A stretch of DNA of 64,000 nt from Lepidodermella squamata (lineage: Eukaryota > Animalia > Gastrotricha): assembly GCA_047495785.1 (NCBI GenBank), contig JBLDXI010000024.1, forward strand, positions 1,798,001 to 1,862,000. The letters are read 5' to 3'. A model generated the notes under the pieces. The model searched no databases, was not told the DNA's origin, and saw only the letters and a list, made by a program, of their open reading frames with translations. Below, in pieces: positions 46,278 through 60,913 of the stretch. Made by a program: the position numbers and the translations under genes. How positions within the stretch are numbered: position 1 is the first letter of the stretch; each line of letters opens with the position of its first letter.

Positions 46278-48668
46278 AAAAGCAATCGCTTCGCTGTTCT
46301 TCTTTGATGTGATCTGACTGTTTGAGGTTGTTTTTTTGGACGAAACGATAAAAACTGTCGTACTTTTTGTTCATGCAAATTTGTCTACGACATGAAGCTA
46401 GATATCGGATTCAATTCAAGCTGATATTGCGAATTCTGACATCGTTCACACAGAAACTCAATGTAAACTCATTTGAATTCCTTTGCCATTTCTGTTTTTA
46501 CACCCTTGTCCTTATTGCAGTGTATTGGGCTGAAGATTTTGATGGCGATTTTGATAATTTGATAATTCCGAAATTCTGCAGTTACGAACGGTCAGGCTGG
46601 ACATGGGTGCTTGAAATGGAACTTAATAACAGGGTCATTACTGCGTTCCAAAGAAATGACTGTAGTCAAATCGCTATTTGCTGTAGTGCTTTCGTATCTG
46701 GATGAACAATGATATTCCAGAGCGCATATCAAAGATTCTTTGGCTCACGCAATGATGGGCCCTTGAATAGCCCTTGAATGTTCAGTTTTTTAAGGTATGT
46801 AAATCGTGTTACGCGTGAATAATTTTAATCTTGTCATTTTCTGCAAAATAAATATTTCGAGTCTCGAAGATAATGATAGCGTTGAATAAACAGGCCGGTT
46901 GCAATTTTCGCGGATCGATGTTGTCGAATAATTGAATATTTATAGCTCTTTTCGGCTAAATTGAAGACAAAAGGTTGATTAGCTATGAGGAAAATGACTC
47001 GATTATCGGAGTCTTAGGAAAAAGATAAATTAGCTGAGGAAAATGTGCTTCTGCTTTCAAGTTTGTTGACAATGGCTAGAAATACTTATTGCCTGAGCAC
47101 CAAAGGAAGCACATTAATCTATTCTTTCGCCGCTCAGTTGAATTTGCTATAAATTAGTAATTGAAACCAGGTCATGCACGCCTTCGAGCGTGAATGGCTG
47201 TATTGATAAAATCCTGACGCCTCATCTCAACCTACGCTAAACGACATGCTAGCAAACTTGCAAAAAATGAAGCATCATGAATAATGGAACAAAGAACAAA
47301 TAAAAAATCGCAATACCTAAATATTTTAATTTCCGCTTTTGTGCTCATTGTTTTCTTAAGGACAAAGGATAGAGCTCTTATAAGGACACAAACAGCATTG
47401 ATTACCTATCGAGCAAAACGTGGTTTCATATTGGCCATGTCCATTCATACAGTTCAGGAGCGAAATCTTTATTGCGCAAGCCATGTCGGATTCCTTTCCT
47501 TTCCTTTCGGTTATGTAAGGTGAAAATAAGGTGGAAATTGAGTTATTTAGTATTTAGATAGTTTTACTAGTGCGAATCAATTGACGCAACCGCACCGACC
47601 TATTTCTCGCAGCCATGAATCCAGACACGGCGTTGAACAGCGCGATCAACCAGTTTCAGCAAGTTTTGATGAACAGCCCAGCAACTGCATATGTGACCCA
47701 CTTGCAAGTAATTGCAAGGCTACGGGATTTTGTCTAACCTGCTAATCAATAAAAGCGAAGGGCTGCCTAAACTGACAAAAAGACGCTATTTCCTGTCGAT
47801 TTTGAACTGGAAAAAAATTGCATCTCACTGACAATCATTCGCTCACTCAGGCTTGGCGCTTGGCGGGGGCAGAATTGATTGACCGCAAATTTTATCAATA
47901 AAGCTAAGAACGGCTAGCATCGAATAAGTGTTGCAACATCAATTATATAATAGATACGCGATTGTTAATAAAAAATGCTACTGATTGTGTAAGAGTCTGT
48001 CATTGTTAAACAAGGCGTACCCGGCGGACAAAACAGCACATTATTGAACATATTAGCAAAATAGAGCACCTTCCTGAAGCCATCGATTCAAATTCAAACA
48101 GTCGGGTTGATGAAAGGGTAGAATCTCTCGCTCATGTTAAGCGAGCCGCAGGCTGCATTGATATTGCTACCTGGTTAAAGACTCGATTACCTTATTTCCC
48201 ATATTGGTTAGTTTTGAAAGCCATGCGGTGGTGTGATTTCTCCTTCAATAAATAGCTTATGGCTTAGTTGCTCATTTATGATATCATTAATATATGAGAA
48301 CCGATAAGCAATTACTTTTTCTGTACCTGAAGTTACCGATTTTTCAGAATGTTCTTCCCATAGTCGTGCCGTATGGAGACAATATAGCACTCCTATACGG
48401 TATCTCAAAACAACTTGCTCTTCACCGTCACTTGAATATACAGCAGTTAATCCATAGTCATTATTACGAAATTCTTTGTTTACAAGACACGGAAGTTAAG
48501 GCCATATAGTTAATTTTCGGATCCCGAAGTGCAATCTAGTGGCACCCTGATGCGACTATTCATTTATTTGCTACTAATTTCATTCTTCATCCAACAACAA
48601 GTTCACGCACGTTAGTTCCGATTCCAAAGGTAATAGATTTAGCACAAATTCTATATTTTTGTGAGCAG

Positions 48669-51600
48669 AGTCATGCAGCCCAGCTTGCCAAAACGGCAAC
48701 TGTACGGCTACAAACACTTGTGAGTGCAATATTGGATGGGGAGGTTCGCTATGTGACCAAGCAGCGCCAACAAGTATTTAAATCATATCAGTTATCTTTG
48801 TGAGAGACTAAGGATACACATCTTCGAACAGTATGCACAAGCAGTGTCCAGTGCAACAATGGAGGAACATGCAAAGAAAGAAATTGTTACTGTCCGGGAT
48901 CTTACACTGGAGTAACCTGTGCAACGACCGGTAAGTAATGAACTCGCTCTCAAATGTGCAGTTGAACGCGTGAACCACTTCCTTAGCTAATTACAAACTG
49001 AAAGAGTTGTGAATTCGTTCATTTCAGGAACGGTTATGTGTCATCCGACAGGCTATGAGTATCCCTACTGCTACAACGGCGGCAATTGTACGTGGAGCAG
49101 TGGCCCAACCAGTGCGTGTTATTGCAGATCGGGTTATACCGGGAAGTATTGCGAGATAGGTAATCATATTTGAATTTGAATGTTCCTTGCTAAATTGGCG
49201 ATTCATTATTGTTCAGTGCTGTGCAGCCAGCCGTGCCAAAATGGTGGTACATGTGTCGCCACAGAGACATGTCAGTGCGCAACCGGTTACTCCGGAACAT
49301 ACTGTACGGTTTTCTCGTGTTCTAATCCATGTCTCAACGGAGGTAGCTGTACGGCTCCTGATACGTGCACGTGCGTGGATGATTGGATTGGGCCTACTTG
49401 CGATCAATGTAAGTCGACAATTAGTAGATATGCTACCAATCGACGACTTTGATCGAACAGCAACGGCTTGCCAGAATATCGAGCTGATATCTCAGATTGC
49501 GCAGTGGGGTGGCTCGATAACTCCTTCATCCGGAACTGCAGCGAATGTCAATGGAAATCTTCCTTCGGGATCCTATTGGAGCCCAGCTGGATCTGAACCT
49601 AACATGTACTTGGAATTGAACTTCGGAAGAGAAGTATCCGTTCGCACGATAAGAACCGCAGCCGGAACGGTTGGATATGGTTACCTGGTATCGTTTGTTC
49701 TATCTTTCCTCGCAAAGACCGGCATGGGAGAGTTGTTCATGCCAGTATTGACTAATCAGTCAAATCAAGCAAGCACAGCTGTGCTTTACAACACATCGCT
49801 TAACGGCTCATCTACAACTTATTTTTTCCCGACCGTCCTGTGTCCTGTCATTAGGACCCAGAAATTACGAATTCATCCTAGGAGCAGTTCTACATCTATG
49901 TCATCAATGCGAATTAGGATTTTGATAGACGGCTGCCTAGCCCATGCAGGCTGTACCGTGTGCTCATCATCTGGTTGCCTATGCCCTATTGGATACTCAA
50001 GCCAAGACACAACCTTGAATCCTTGGCCCCACTGCGGTACACATACTTATATAAATCTGAACTTAACTTGATAGTTTTCATTCTAGATCAATTGACGCTA
50101 CCGCCGATGGATTGTGAAGACATAGCCATGAGGCAGCCATCGGCTCCGAGCGGAATGTATACCATCTATACATACGGATCAAGCTCGAGGCAGGTCTACT
50201 GCGATATGAAAGCTCTAGGGGGTGGCTGGACGGTATTTCAACGGCGCTCGTCACCATTAGTAGATTTCAACCGCGACTGGAGTGATTACCAGCTGTTTTT
50301 TGGCTCATCTACGGACAGCTTTTGGCTGGGTCTGCACAATTTGCAAGCGGTAGTAGCAACGCCGTATAATTACTATCAGATGGCAATATATATAGCTGAT
50401 TTAGAGAACAATCTAAACGGTTTTCGAATTTGGAGAGGCTTTAGAATAACTAGCGCCTCATCTAATCATACGCTATCATATCTTCAGATCGGAATTGGCA
50501 ACTTGGGCATCAACGAAATGAACTTGACTCTAGGACAGAAGTTCAGCACCAGGGATCGGGATAACGAAAACGTCACTGGAGTAAATTGCGCTGCTGCTAA
50601 CATGGGTGGTTGGTGGTATGGAAACACATGCCAAGCGTCAAGTCTGAATGGGTAGGTTAATTTCAGCCGATTGAGCCGATGTTAATGTTAGCCTTATCCA
50701 CGCAGAGTATATAATTCAACTACTCCCTATCAGGGAGTAAACTGGGCTTCCTTCCGGCCAGCATCAGAGTCAATCAAAAAAGTTCAGATGATGGTCAGGC
50801 GGCAGCCAAATGATTACTATGGAACGCCAGGTATGTGTTCCAGGTCGATATAATTCTGAAAGTTCGGAGAGATGATTATTCTAGGTGTCGCTCTGACTTA
50901 CACACACCCTGTGGACTGTTCTGATATTGCTGTGAACTCGCCACATGCACCAAGCGGAGAGTATACAATTTATCCACCTGGTGGTAGCGCTGTCAAAGCC
51001 TACTGCGAAATGTCGGCTCTCGGCGGCGGCTGGACTATTATTCAGAGGAATTATGCTACAGCTAACCAAAATTTCAATCAAAGCTTCTCAGTCTATGAGA
51101 GCGGCTTTGGTGATGCAAACCTGGCTTTCTACCTGGGTAACGCCGCTATTAATCAAATTACAGCCGCTGGGCCGATATATCAGCTCGCAATCTCCCTCGA
51201 ATTCAGCAACGGGAATTTTCGAACTGCAAGGTATCGGAAGTTTTTCATCGGAGATTCCAGCACGAACTATAGGCTGAACGTTTCTGACTACAACTGGCTA
51301 AACGATTCCGAAACACCTGGAGACTCCCTGTCAGCCCATAATGGGCAAGAATTTCGCGTCTACTCTAATAGGTCGGGAGCTTGGTGGTTTAAGGACTGGG
51401 TATCCGGTTCCTGCCTCGATTCAAACCTGAATGGCGTTCCACTGAATGACGCTTTCGAGCAAGGCATCGTATGGTCGTCTTGGAAAGGCAAAGTCAACTC
51501 GATTAAAAGTAGTGTGATGATGATAAAGCCACTTGCTCAAAAGCCTTACGATTGCTACGACATATTCACGATTGACAAGAGCTCTACTAATGGCGTCTAT

Positions 51601-54600
51601 TGGATTTACCCGATAGGAATGAAGCCTTTGAGAGTGTATTGCCTCTTCGACAAGTTGCCTTATATATCGAATACGACCGATTATCGCGGAATCACGGTGG
51701 GGTTTATATTTTCCGAATATGCGAAAGTTTCAATACACTTTCTACGCAGTTAATTCAGAAGAGGACTAATGGGAACGTCAATTTTTCCAGAGGCTGGCAA
51801 GACTATAAATGGGGGTTTGCAGCACAACCTTTCACTGAATCAAGCGACTATTGGCTAGGTGAGTGTATCACAGCTGATATTAGCTATATTATTCTTTTAT
51901 ATCTGTTTATCACAGGGCTGGAATACATCTATCAACTGGGACGTAGGACGTGTTTGGATTTCTTCACAATAACAACCGATCCAATTTCTAACGCAACCAA
52001 TGTTGACCATTGGCGAGACTTCAGAGTTCAGTCAGAGGATACTGGTTACAAAATATATATCGATACGAGTAATTATGACCCTTCGTCCAGCAATAACCCA
52101 GGTGAGTGATAACTTTCACCCTACGCTAGTGGCTAACTCTATATTTGACGGTAACTTCCTCTCACCATTGTTCTCATGAGCGCGGTAGAAATAGTTTGCG
52201 GATGTTTTCCACAATGTGGTAATAGTTGCCGCCAAATGGTATTACCTTGACCGAAACGCTAGCGACCTAAGAGATGGCAATAGAGCAATTTTCCGCCCCG
52301 ATTTAAGAAAGATGCCGTACTGCTCTCTCTCGTTACACTTAGAACACAGTTAAATCGAATAAGTGTATTGGAGTCTCGAAAAGAACATAGGCAGAGAAAA
52401 CTATGAACATGTTGAATAGAGGAAATTTTTTTAGTAAATGTTACATGCGAGTCTTCTTCACTACGTTTTAGTCGTTGCGTTCGATGTTCACCAAGGTCAG
52501 CCATTTTCGACCTTCGACAACGGATCTGCGTCTTCCTGCTTTGGCCCGGCTGCTTCTAAGCTTGAAGGTGGATGGTGGGTTGCTAGTAACTGTGCGTACA
52601 AAATAAACTTAAACAACGTTTGGGGCGCATCCAAAACCCCAAAAGCCGTAGCATACTTGGGCTATTATCCTTTGAACACTTCAATGGCTACTACAATGAT
52701 GGGCATACGACGACGAGGTAATTGCTTGTTACGTAATTTTTCTCCGTGTTTGCATCGTGTTTTGAAAGTGTCCAACGGGATGTACTGCAAGTTACCACCG
52801 TTAAATACAGTGAACGCTGTACTTCCTGGCTATGATGCGGTGAGCTACTTCAGAGACCCTCCATATCGATGGCTGTCAGGCGAACATTTTCGCATTCGAC
52901 TTGCCAACTACGGATATATGTATTCTAACGAGGATCCCATTGTCACAAGTATTTAATTCCCGTTAAAGTGCCCCGAGATGTTGATCACATGTTTTCCTAG
53001 CTTGGAGCGTGCCTAGAGACTGTACATATTTCCAGCAACAACAGCCCTATAATTTGAAATTTATGTCAGCGATTTACAATAATTTCTCGGCTGGGGAATT
53101 GAATGGAACTGTTTTTTGCGATCAAGAAACCTGGGGTAAGTTACTGGCGCATAATTGTCCAGTTTTGGTCACGTTTTCTCTCAAGGTGGAGGATGGATGG
53201 TTTTCCAGCGGAGAATCGATGATACTGTTTCATTCAACCAAGACTACGATACCTACGTATCGGGCTTTGGCTCGATGGCCGGCAATTACTGGCTGGGGCT
53301 CGAGGCCCTACGAAAAATTACCGCTTCATTCATTCATGAAGTATTATTTGAGATGCGAGGCCCTGATGGATACGCTTTCGCTTATGCTACGAACTTTTAC
53401 CCGTCTGGTCCTTCCTACGGGATGACGACAAGCGGATCTCAGGCCTGCTCAACTGGTGGACAGCTCGCCATTGAGAAACGGGCCTTTCAAATTGATCCTT
53501 GTGGCACTGGAGGTTGGTGGTTTCCACAAACTTGCAATACAGCAACTGCCGGCTATCAGAACTTCAACGGTCCTTACAATGGAATAGGTTCCAGCGGAAT
53601 ATTCGCCCAAACATACAGCGCTATCCCTATAAGCTTACAATGGACTGAGATAAAGATAAGACAACGTTATGCTGTAAGAGGGAGATTCGTCCGAGCGAGA
53701 GGCTTTCGCTGTTCGGCTGGCACTGTGACCTCAAAGACGGTCAGCTCTGCCCAAGCATGCGTCGATTCATGCACCCCAGTGACAACTTGCGTCACGGCGG
53801 CTATATCCGGCTCAACCTGCGATATGAGTGACACGTTTTGTGGCGTTGGCATGGGTACGAGTGATCCTTTATACGACACTTACTTCAGAATGGATAAGTG
53901 CGACATGTTCAGTGCATGCGGTCCTCCGCCAGCCATGGGATGGACTGAACTCGAGATCCTTGGCATGCCAGATGTCATGTCTGTAAACTATACCTGTCTA
54001 CCGGGATACATTAACTCCTTATCAAACAGCATTTGGACCGTTCTCACGTGCAATGCGACAAACAAGTATTGGCAAGGACAGTGGCTGAGGTGTAAATCGT
54101 CCTGCGGTCTTGCCCCAAATTTCACGTCTACAAACGTATACCGGTTACCGAATGTTGAAGTCAGCGGCGATGTGGCTAAGATTTTTTATCAATGCAACCC
54201 TGGCCTAAGTCTGGTGAACGGAAGTTTGACCCAAATCTGCTCTCCTTCTAGTGCAAAATGGCAGGGTGGGACTCCTGTTTGTCAAAATGTTACCTGCCCT
54301 CAGCCGCCGACATATACTGGAACAACTAACAACTTTACTGTACCCGTGTCGATTCCTTTGAATGAGAGAATCATTGGAGACGCTGTCTGGCAGTATAATT
54401 GCTCAATGGATGGATATGTTTTCAACGACACCAGCCTTCCTTATGCGTATTTGAGATGCAATATCACAACTAGGAGATGGTCGGGATCAGTCGGCACTTG
54501 TGTATCGGACTGCTCAGGTTTGGGCGGGTGTTTGAATGGAGGAACCTGTTCGGCGCCGAGCCACTGTACCTGCGCTGTGGGCTGGACAGGGGCGAATTGC

Positions 54601-57600
54601 AGCTATGGTATGCTACACAAATCATCCATCTTGCTTCTTTACGGTTATTTTATTGCAGTTGATTGTCGACCGTGGGCTAACTGCACGGAACAAGGTAACA
54701 GCAATTTTATCACCTTGCCATGCTTTGGCCTTTATTCATCTATTTTTAAATAGCGAATTGTCTTGCTGTTGCAAATTGCTCTGGGCATGGGCTTTGCATT
54801 CGAAAAAGCGTTTGTTATTGCGACTCAGGATGGTCTGGCTCGAACTGCTCAATACCTGACTGTTCATCGATCGGTGGCTGTCTTAACGGGGGTACCTGTT
54901 CGGAAGCGAACAATTGCAGTTGCACACCATTCTGGACTGGTGATAATTGTGATATAGGTAATAGAGCCATCAGCTGCGATATAAGTCATCAGCCATTTTG
55001 TTGGGCATTTTTGTTTGTATTTTACCAGCGGTCACTACAACATCAATTATGACAACAACATCTAACCAGCCATCTACGACTGCTAAACCCAGCCAAGTAA
55101 TTACGGAGCTTGCAGCTGCGGCCAAGCTTCCTGATCAAGCTCTCGTTAACAACGTTACATCAATCAATTCGCAAGTGCAAGATAGCGCGAGTGCAATTTC
55201 GAGCAGTTCCAGCCCGACCAATGTAATCGTCGATTCGGTAGATTTCTTTTTATAATTAGCGTTGGATTTAGCTTTTATTTCTTGCCTAGCAAATTTTCAT
55301 GTCGCTTTCGGCAGAACTACTTAGTCGATACCAGAAAATGGCTTCGAATCTCTCAACAGAAACGATTTTATCTGTTTCTCAAGGTTGTTAAAGAGTCAAA
55401 AGTCATACTCTGAACTATAAAATTCAATTTATCAGCTTACACTGAATCTGTTAGCTCCGTGTTAACGGCAGTCCTCGAGAAAGAACTTTTACCAAAGACT
55501 GAATCGCCGGCCATCATTTTGCCAACGACCGCAGTTCGCTGTGAAGCCGATACCTTCGATTCTGAGTCACTAGTAGTAAAACCAACAAAAATCGAGATGA
55601 CAACAGCTCAGACGCAGAAGTTACTCGATGACTTCAGATCGATGATGGAGTCTACGGCTGCAATGGTGAAAAGTGCGCTCGCCATTGGTAAAGACTTCAG
55701 CTTCAATGGAACCTTCTTTGCCGTCGTAATACGCAATACCATAGACAACACTGTAACAGATAGGAAACTAACGATCTTTCCATAGTGAATTTATTCGAGC
55801 TGTTATTGCAAAAAGGGCGGCACGCGACCAATTTTTATGCCACCCAACGCCCTATCCGCCCATTATAATTTTAATTAATTTCAAAAATAAAAAAAGCCGC
55901 AGGTACCTCTTTCGAAAATTTTGATTTTCTGCTCGTAAATACTAGAAGTGGCCCTCTATCAAATGATACCAGGCACACCTAGTGTTCCCCCATGAATAAT
56001 TTACTAAAATTCGCCGAAAAGTGCTATATTCGATGTTTTTGGGCAAAATTGCCACTCTTCTGCAACGGTTGGCTCTTTCGGAAATTTTTTGAAAAATCTG
56101 AAAAAATTGGTTTATCCATATTGAGAATTTTCCCTATCCGACGATATAAAATTTGTAGGGTAATTAATTTATTTTGATTTTCCGATATTTTCCGAGCTCG
56201 AAAAATTATTATTTGCTAGAATATTTCTGAACAAAGCAACGCTGTGAGAGAATTCAAAGTCCAATATGCACAGCCGGAAAATATCGGAAAATCAAAATAA
56301 ATTAATTACCCTACAAATTTTATATCGTCGGATAGAGAAAATTCTCAATATGGATAAACCAATTTTTTCAGATTTTTCAAAAAATTTCCGAAAGAGCCAA
56401 CCGTTGCAGAAGAGTGGCAATTTTGCCCAAAAACATCGAATATAGCACTTTTCGGCGAATTTTAGTAAATTATTCATGGGGGAACACTAGGTGTGCCTGG
56501 TATCATTTGATAGAGGGCCACTTCTAGTATTTACGAGCAGAAAATCAAAATTTTCGAAAGAGGTACCTGCGGCTTTTTTTATTTTTGAAATTAATTAAAA
56601 TTATAATGGGCGGATAGGGCGTTGGGTGGCATAAAAATTGGTCGCGTGCCGCCCTTATTGCAATAACAGCTCGAATAAATTCACTATGGAAAGATCGTTA
56701 GTTTCCTATCTGTTACAGTGTTGTCTATGCGCAATACTATACCCGGAAAACTACCTGGATTGGGAATCGCCTCAAATTTGGCTGCCACCGAAATTCCTTC
56801 AGTTGAAAATTGGAAAGAACTCTTAGCCGATTCACCTCAGGGTTTGGATGAATCAAGCAAAGTTTCAGTAGTGCTAACCGCCTATATTTCTAATGTTTTC
56901 GACATAAAGGGCAAGGCAATTTTCGTCGGAAAAAGTTGATTCGCAGTGCGATATCAGTAAGGTGAAATGCGACATTACGACTAATGCAGACAAGCTGGGT
57001 TCACTCGCAACATTTCCTGTTTCACTGGACGCGGGGGATTTCATTCTCATATTTCCAGCCATACAGTATGACTACTCCGTTTTTGTATCCCTGAATGCAA
57101 CTCCAACTGCAGCCAAGAACTCTTGGTCTATCAATGTTACTGGGAATAGCGTGGCTGCTAGTGTAAATTCATACTACGGTGCCTTGAAAACAAATTTCAT
57201 CCCGAAAATCGAATTTCGAGTGATCATTCCTCGATCTGCCCTGGTCGCATTCAGCAATCAGAGGTCGCAGAATAGTGGCTCTTATGCGAACCGTTCATTC
57301 ACCTTGAGTGCTTTTGTGAAGAAAAACCTCACGCGCTTCTCTCCGAATGACGATTTGCCGCCTTCTGTTTGTGAAATGCAAAGATGTTATGGCTATCACC
57401 TGCGCATTGGTTTCGCATCCGATGATCGCATTATAGGAACGAGGTTAAAACGTGACGTTAGCTCTAATTCAACATCACCAGAAGACTTTGATCTGGAGGC
57501 GGATTCCACTGAATCGAAGGTCACATTTAAAAGTTCTTATTTTGGGGATTTTGGTGCTGATCTTCTCATTTCGCCCAATACAATACAGCTCACAGAGATT

Positions 57601-60600
57601 TTGGCGAATTTTACCACTCTCGTGGCAGAGAATGCGTCCGTCTTCTCGTTGATGACGATTTGCGTGGTAGCATACCTAGCTACGATCTGGTTCGCATTTA
57701 CTTCTGATAAAGAGGATCTGAAGAACTGGGCTTTCATGCCAATCCTAAGCAACGCGCCTCACCAACAATTCACCTATTTGATATCTGTTGACTATTATGG
57801 TGTCAAAAGATACGAGCTCGAGCCTCAAGTGTTCATCCGCCTTATAGGCGATGGGTGTGAAACGTCTTTTCGAAATTTGCATGATGGGGTCAGGAAAAAT
57901 TTCGCCGGCAAGGTACCTGGGAATTTCACCCTAACCACGGTTTATCCTATCGAATTTATTGATTCAATCGAACTTGAAGTGATAAGCAAGATTTGGGAAT
58001 TTGACAGCAAGCCTTTCCAGATTTACATGGACAAGGTCGTAATTGTCGATGTGAATGGTGGCAAAAAGTACATTTTCCCAGTTCAGCAGAGGATGCAATC
58101 AGGTGAAAAAATCAGGGCTGCGCTGGCGACAGAAGACGTCATCAAAAGCTTCAAATACCTAGTCACTAGCCATTCGCGACTCGGCATTACTGATGGCCAC
58201 CCTTGGCTTTCAATCATAAGAAGGCCCCTGCCCAGCAACTGGACGCGAGTTGAAAGGCTGTCTTGTGTTGTGTCGGCACTGTTCATGGCCATGATGGTCA
58301 ATTGTTTGTTTTATGGGCAAGAGAGCACCGCGCCGAGAATCGGGATCAATATTGGCAGCTTCTTTCGCATTTCCTGGTTTACGTTATACACGAGTTTGGC
58401 CAGTTGCTTGATAATCATCCCACCTACCGCAGCGATAGCATTCATTTTCAAAAGGGTGAAGCGACGTTCGGCTGAGAAAAGCAACTGGATCACTATTTTT
58501 AACGCTGCCGTGAAAGATCCCGATGCTGAAAACGATTCCGGTAAGAAAAAGAAGCAGATACAGTTGCCATTCTGGACTGTTGGGATTGCGTGGGCATGTA
58601 GGTTCCGCTTGATTAAGTAGATCATTCATGAAATATTTAATTTCAGTGGTTGCGATTTCGATCATAGTTTCCGTCTCGGTCGTTGTAATTTACAGCCTCC
58701 AATGGGGAAGCGAGAAGTCCCTGCAGTGGTTGTCAAGCATGGCAATGAACATCGTCCAAGATATAATCGTTGTCCAGTCCGTGAAAGTTCTCCTGATCTC
58801 CATGTTCACATCATCTCTTCTGAAACTCCCGGATGATGGCATGGCAATGGGAAAGCTGGTTTACTCGAGAAGTATTTAAACTTCACCTATAATTACTATA
58901 TAATATGAGGACCTTTTTCAGACAATACCTCAGAAAAAACGACTGTATTCAAGCGAACGCGGAACACTCTGGCTGGAATCGCCCATCAAATCGCTTATGT
59001 CATCACTTTTGCGCTAGTGATTGCGACCACTCAAAACACCTACCGGTTCAAATTTGTCGATGATATTCGACCACTTGTTGCATTCGGTGGGGTTCAGCAA
59101 GTATTGGAGCCAATAACCGATCACGGGCTTATTTTCGACTGGCTCAGTCAGAAAGTTATACCAAATTTTCTGAACGGCAACCAGCTGAATTATGGCGGAA
59201 TTTTTAACGTAAAAAACATTTACGACGTGCCAAATCATGATGTTATCTTGGTTGGGCCAATTCGAATCAAGCAACAGCGAGTAGCTAGCAGCTCTTGCCC
59301 TGTTTCGACAATTGGCGGGTACCCGGAAAATCTTGGCGGCATTACTTGTCAAGATTCTTACTCGAACAATTACGGCTTTGGTTCAAACTCCGAAAATCGC
59401 GACTTCTCCTACGGTTGGGGCTTTTTACCACCCTATTCGATTGACAAATCCAATATTTCAACATACGACGCTCCCTGGCTTTATCGCGAAGATCCTAGTG
59501 GATTGCCTTACAATGGATGGTCTGCGATTTACAAGAGTGATGGCTACTACGTCGACCTGCCAACAAGAATGTGGAAAGCCCAGCAACTTGTTTCTTACCT
59601 GAAAGCAGGCAGATGGCTCGATAACTCAACTTCTGTACTTTTTGTCGATTTCAACTTGTACAATAGCCAAATCAACCTATTCCTCAGCGTCAAGGTTGCT
59701 TTCGAAGCTATGCCAGCTGGTGGCATGAATTACCATACTCGAGTGTACCCATTGCAGCTCTACCAGTATTCAGGCGCCAGCAGTGCTGCTATATACGTCA
59801 TCCAGGGATTGTGGATCATCTTACTCATCAGTGAAGCAATCAAGGTTGCTTATCTCATGAGGAAAAACGGGGCAATGCAGCATTTGAAAGACGGCTGGAA
59901 TACGCTGGAGCTTATCTCGATAATCGTAGCATTCGGCATTGTTGGACTCTTCGCTGCCCGTATAACAGCTATCATCAAAGTAATCACAAAGATGCAAACA
60001 GACCGCTCATCATTTACTGACCTTGACCTGCTGGTTAATTGGGACGAGTTGATGGCAAATCTTTACGGGCTGACATTTTTCGCGACTATGGTCTTGTTCT
60101 TCCGCCATTTCAAGTTCAACAAGTATTGGTGCGTGTTTTTGGCTACCTTGTCAAAGGGCAGGAATGACATCGCGACTTTCATCGTTGTATTCATAATGAT
60201 AACCTGTATGTTTGCGGGTCTTGGATACCTAACCCTTGGTTCAAGCCAGAGCGAATTCAGATCAATGACTGCTTCTGTGATGACACTCATTCAAAATGTG
60301 ATAGGAGTCACTGGGAATTTGATCGCTCTCGGATCTGAGTCTCGGTTTATCATGGTTTACTGCGTTGCCTATTCATCAATTGTCATGTTTCTAGCCGTAC
60401 AGATCTTCATGACCATCATTACTGTAACTTACGATAAGATCTCTGATAACGCTGAAGAGAGTACTGACTGGGATAAAGAAGTTGCCGATTATATGGCTGA
60501 TGAACTGAAGAAGCTTATATCCTATGGAAAAAGGGCCAATACTGATGTGAACTTTCAGGGCAAAAATGAAACGAGCAGCCATTCTAATCGTGAGTTCTTT

Positions 60601-60913
60601 CATTCTTTCAGTTCTCTTTTTAAATAAGTCGAATTTAGTTGATCTGTCGCTTGAACGATTATCAAGGCATATCGATTTGATGGCTAAGGATTCACCGCTG
60701 TTCCAAGAGGATAGACGGACGACTTGTAACATCAGATGGGCAGAGGAATATTTGAAACAAGCCCGGTCGACGGTTGGCAGTCGGCGACCGAAGAAACTAC
60801 CCTCCGTTGAACCACTCATTCCAGCTGTGAAACAAACCAACAGCCGGGTTCACTATGATTTTATGAGGAGATTCAGTCAGCATGATGTTTCGAAGAATAT
60901 TCATTTTGATTGA
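48669..60913 (+). CDS. Polycystin-1-like (PKD1L-type) multi-exon gene: EGF repeats, discoidin-like, 4 fibrinogen C-terminal domains, PAN-like, 3 sushi, EGF, stalk, TM, PLAT, polycystin channel; true 5' end not located
   Basis: CQNGGTC EGF units; YCDM..GGGWTVFQRR, FSTRDRDN, GGWW FReD motifs; PLAT FTYLISV...VFIRLIG; DGHPWLSI.RP..SNWTRVERLSC; GPIRIKQQRV, YKSDGYYVDL, WLDNSTSVLFVDFNLYN, DGWNTLEL; one continuous gene is inferred from compatible short GT-AG introns. Confidence 0.8.
55740..56729. mobile_element. 990 bp foldback (palindromic) non-autonomous DNA transposon inside a coding exon
   Basis: Near-perfect ~455 bp arms (55740-56194 / 56275-56729), CATAGAC..GTCTATG ends, 8 bp TSD CGCAATAC (hAT or P superfamily-like). 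Confidence 0.95.

Noticed and set aside
46367-48630. Possible 5' exons of the polycystin gene
   Set aside because: No recognisable domain or unambiguous splice path; start left undefined
55992-56477. Twin 61 aa ORFs on opposite strands
   Set aside because: By-product of the palindrome, not genes
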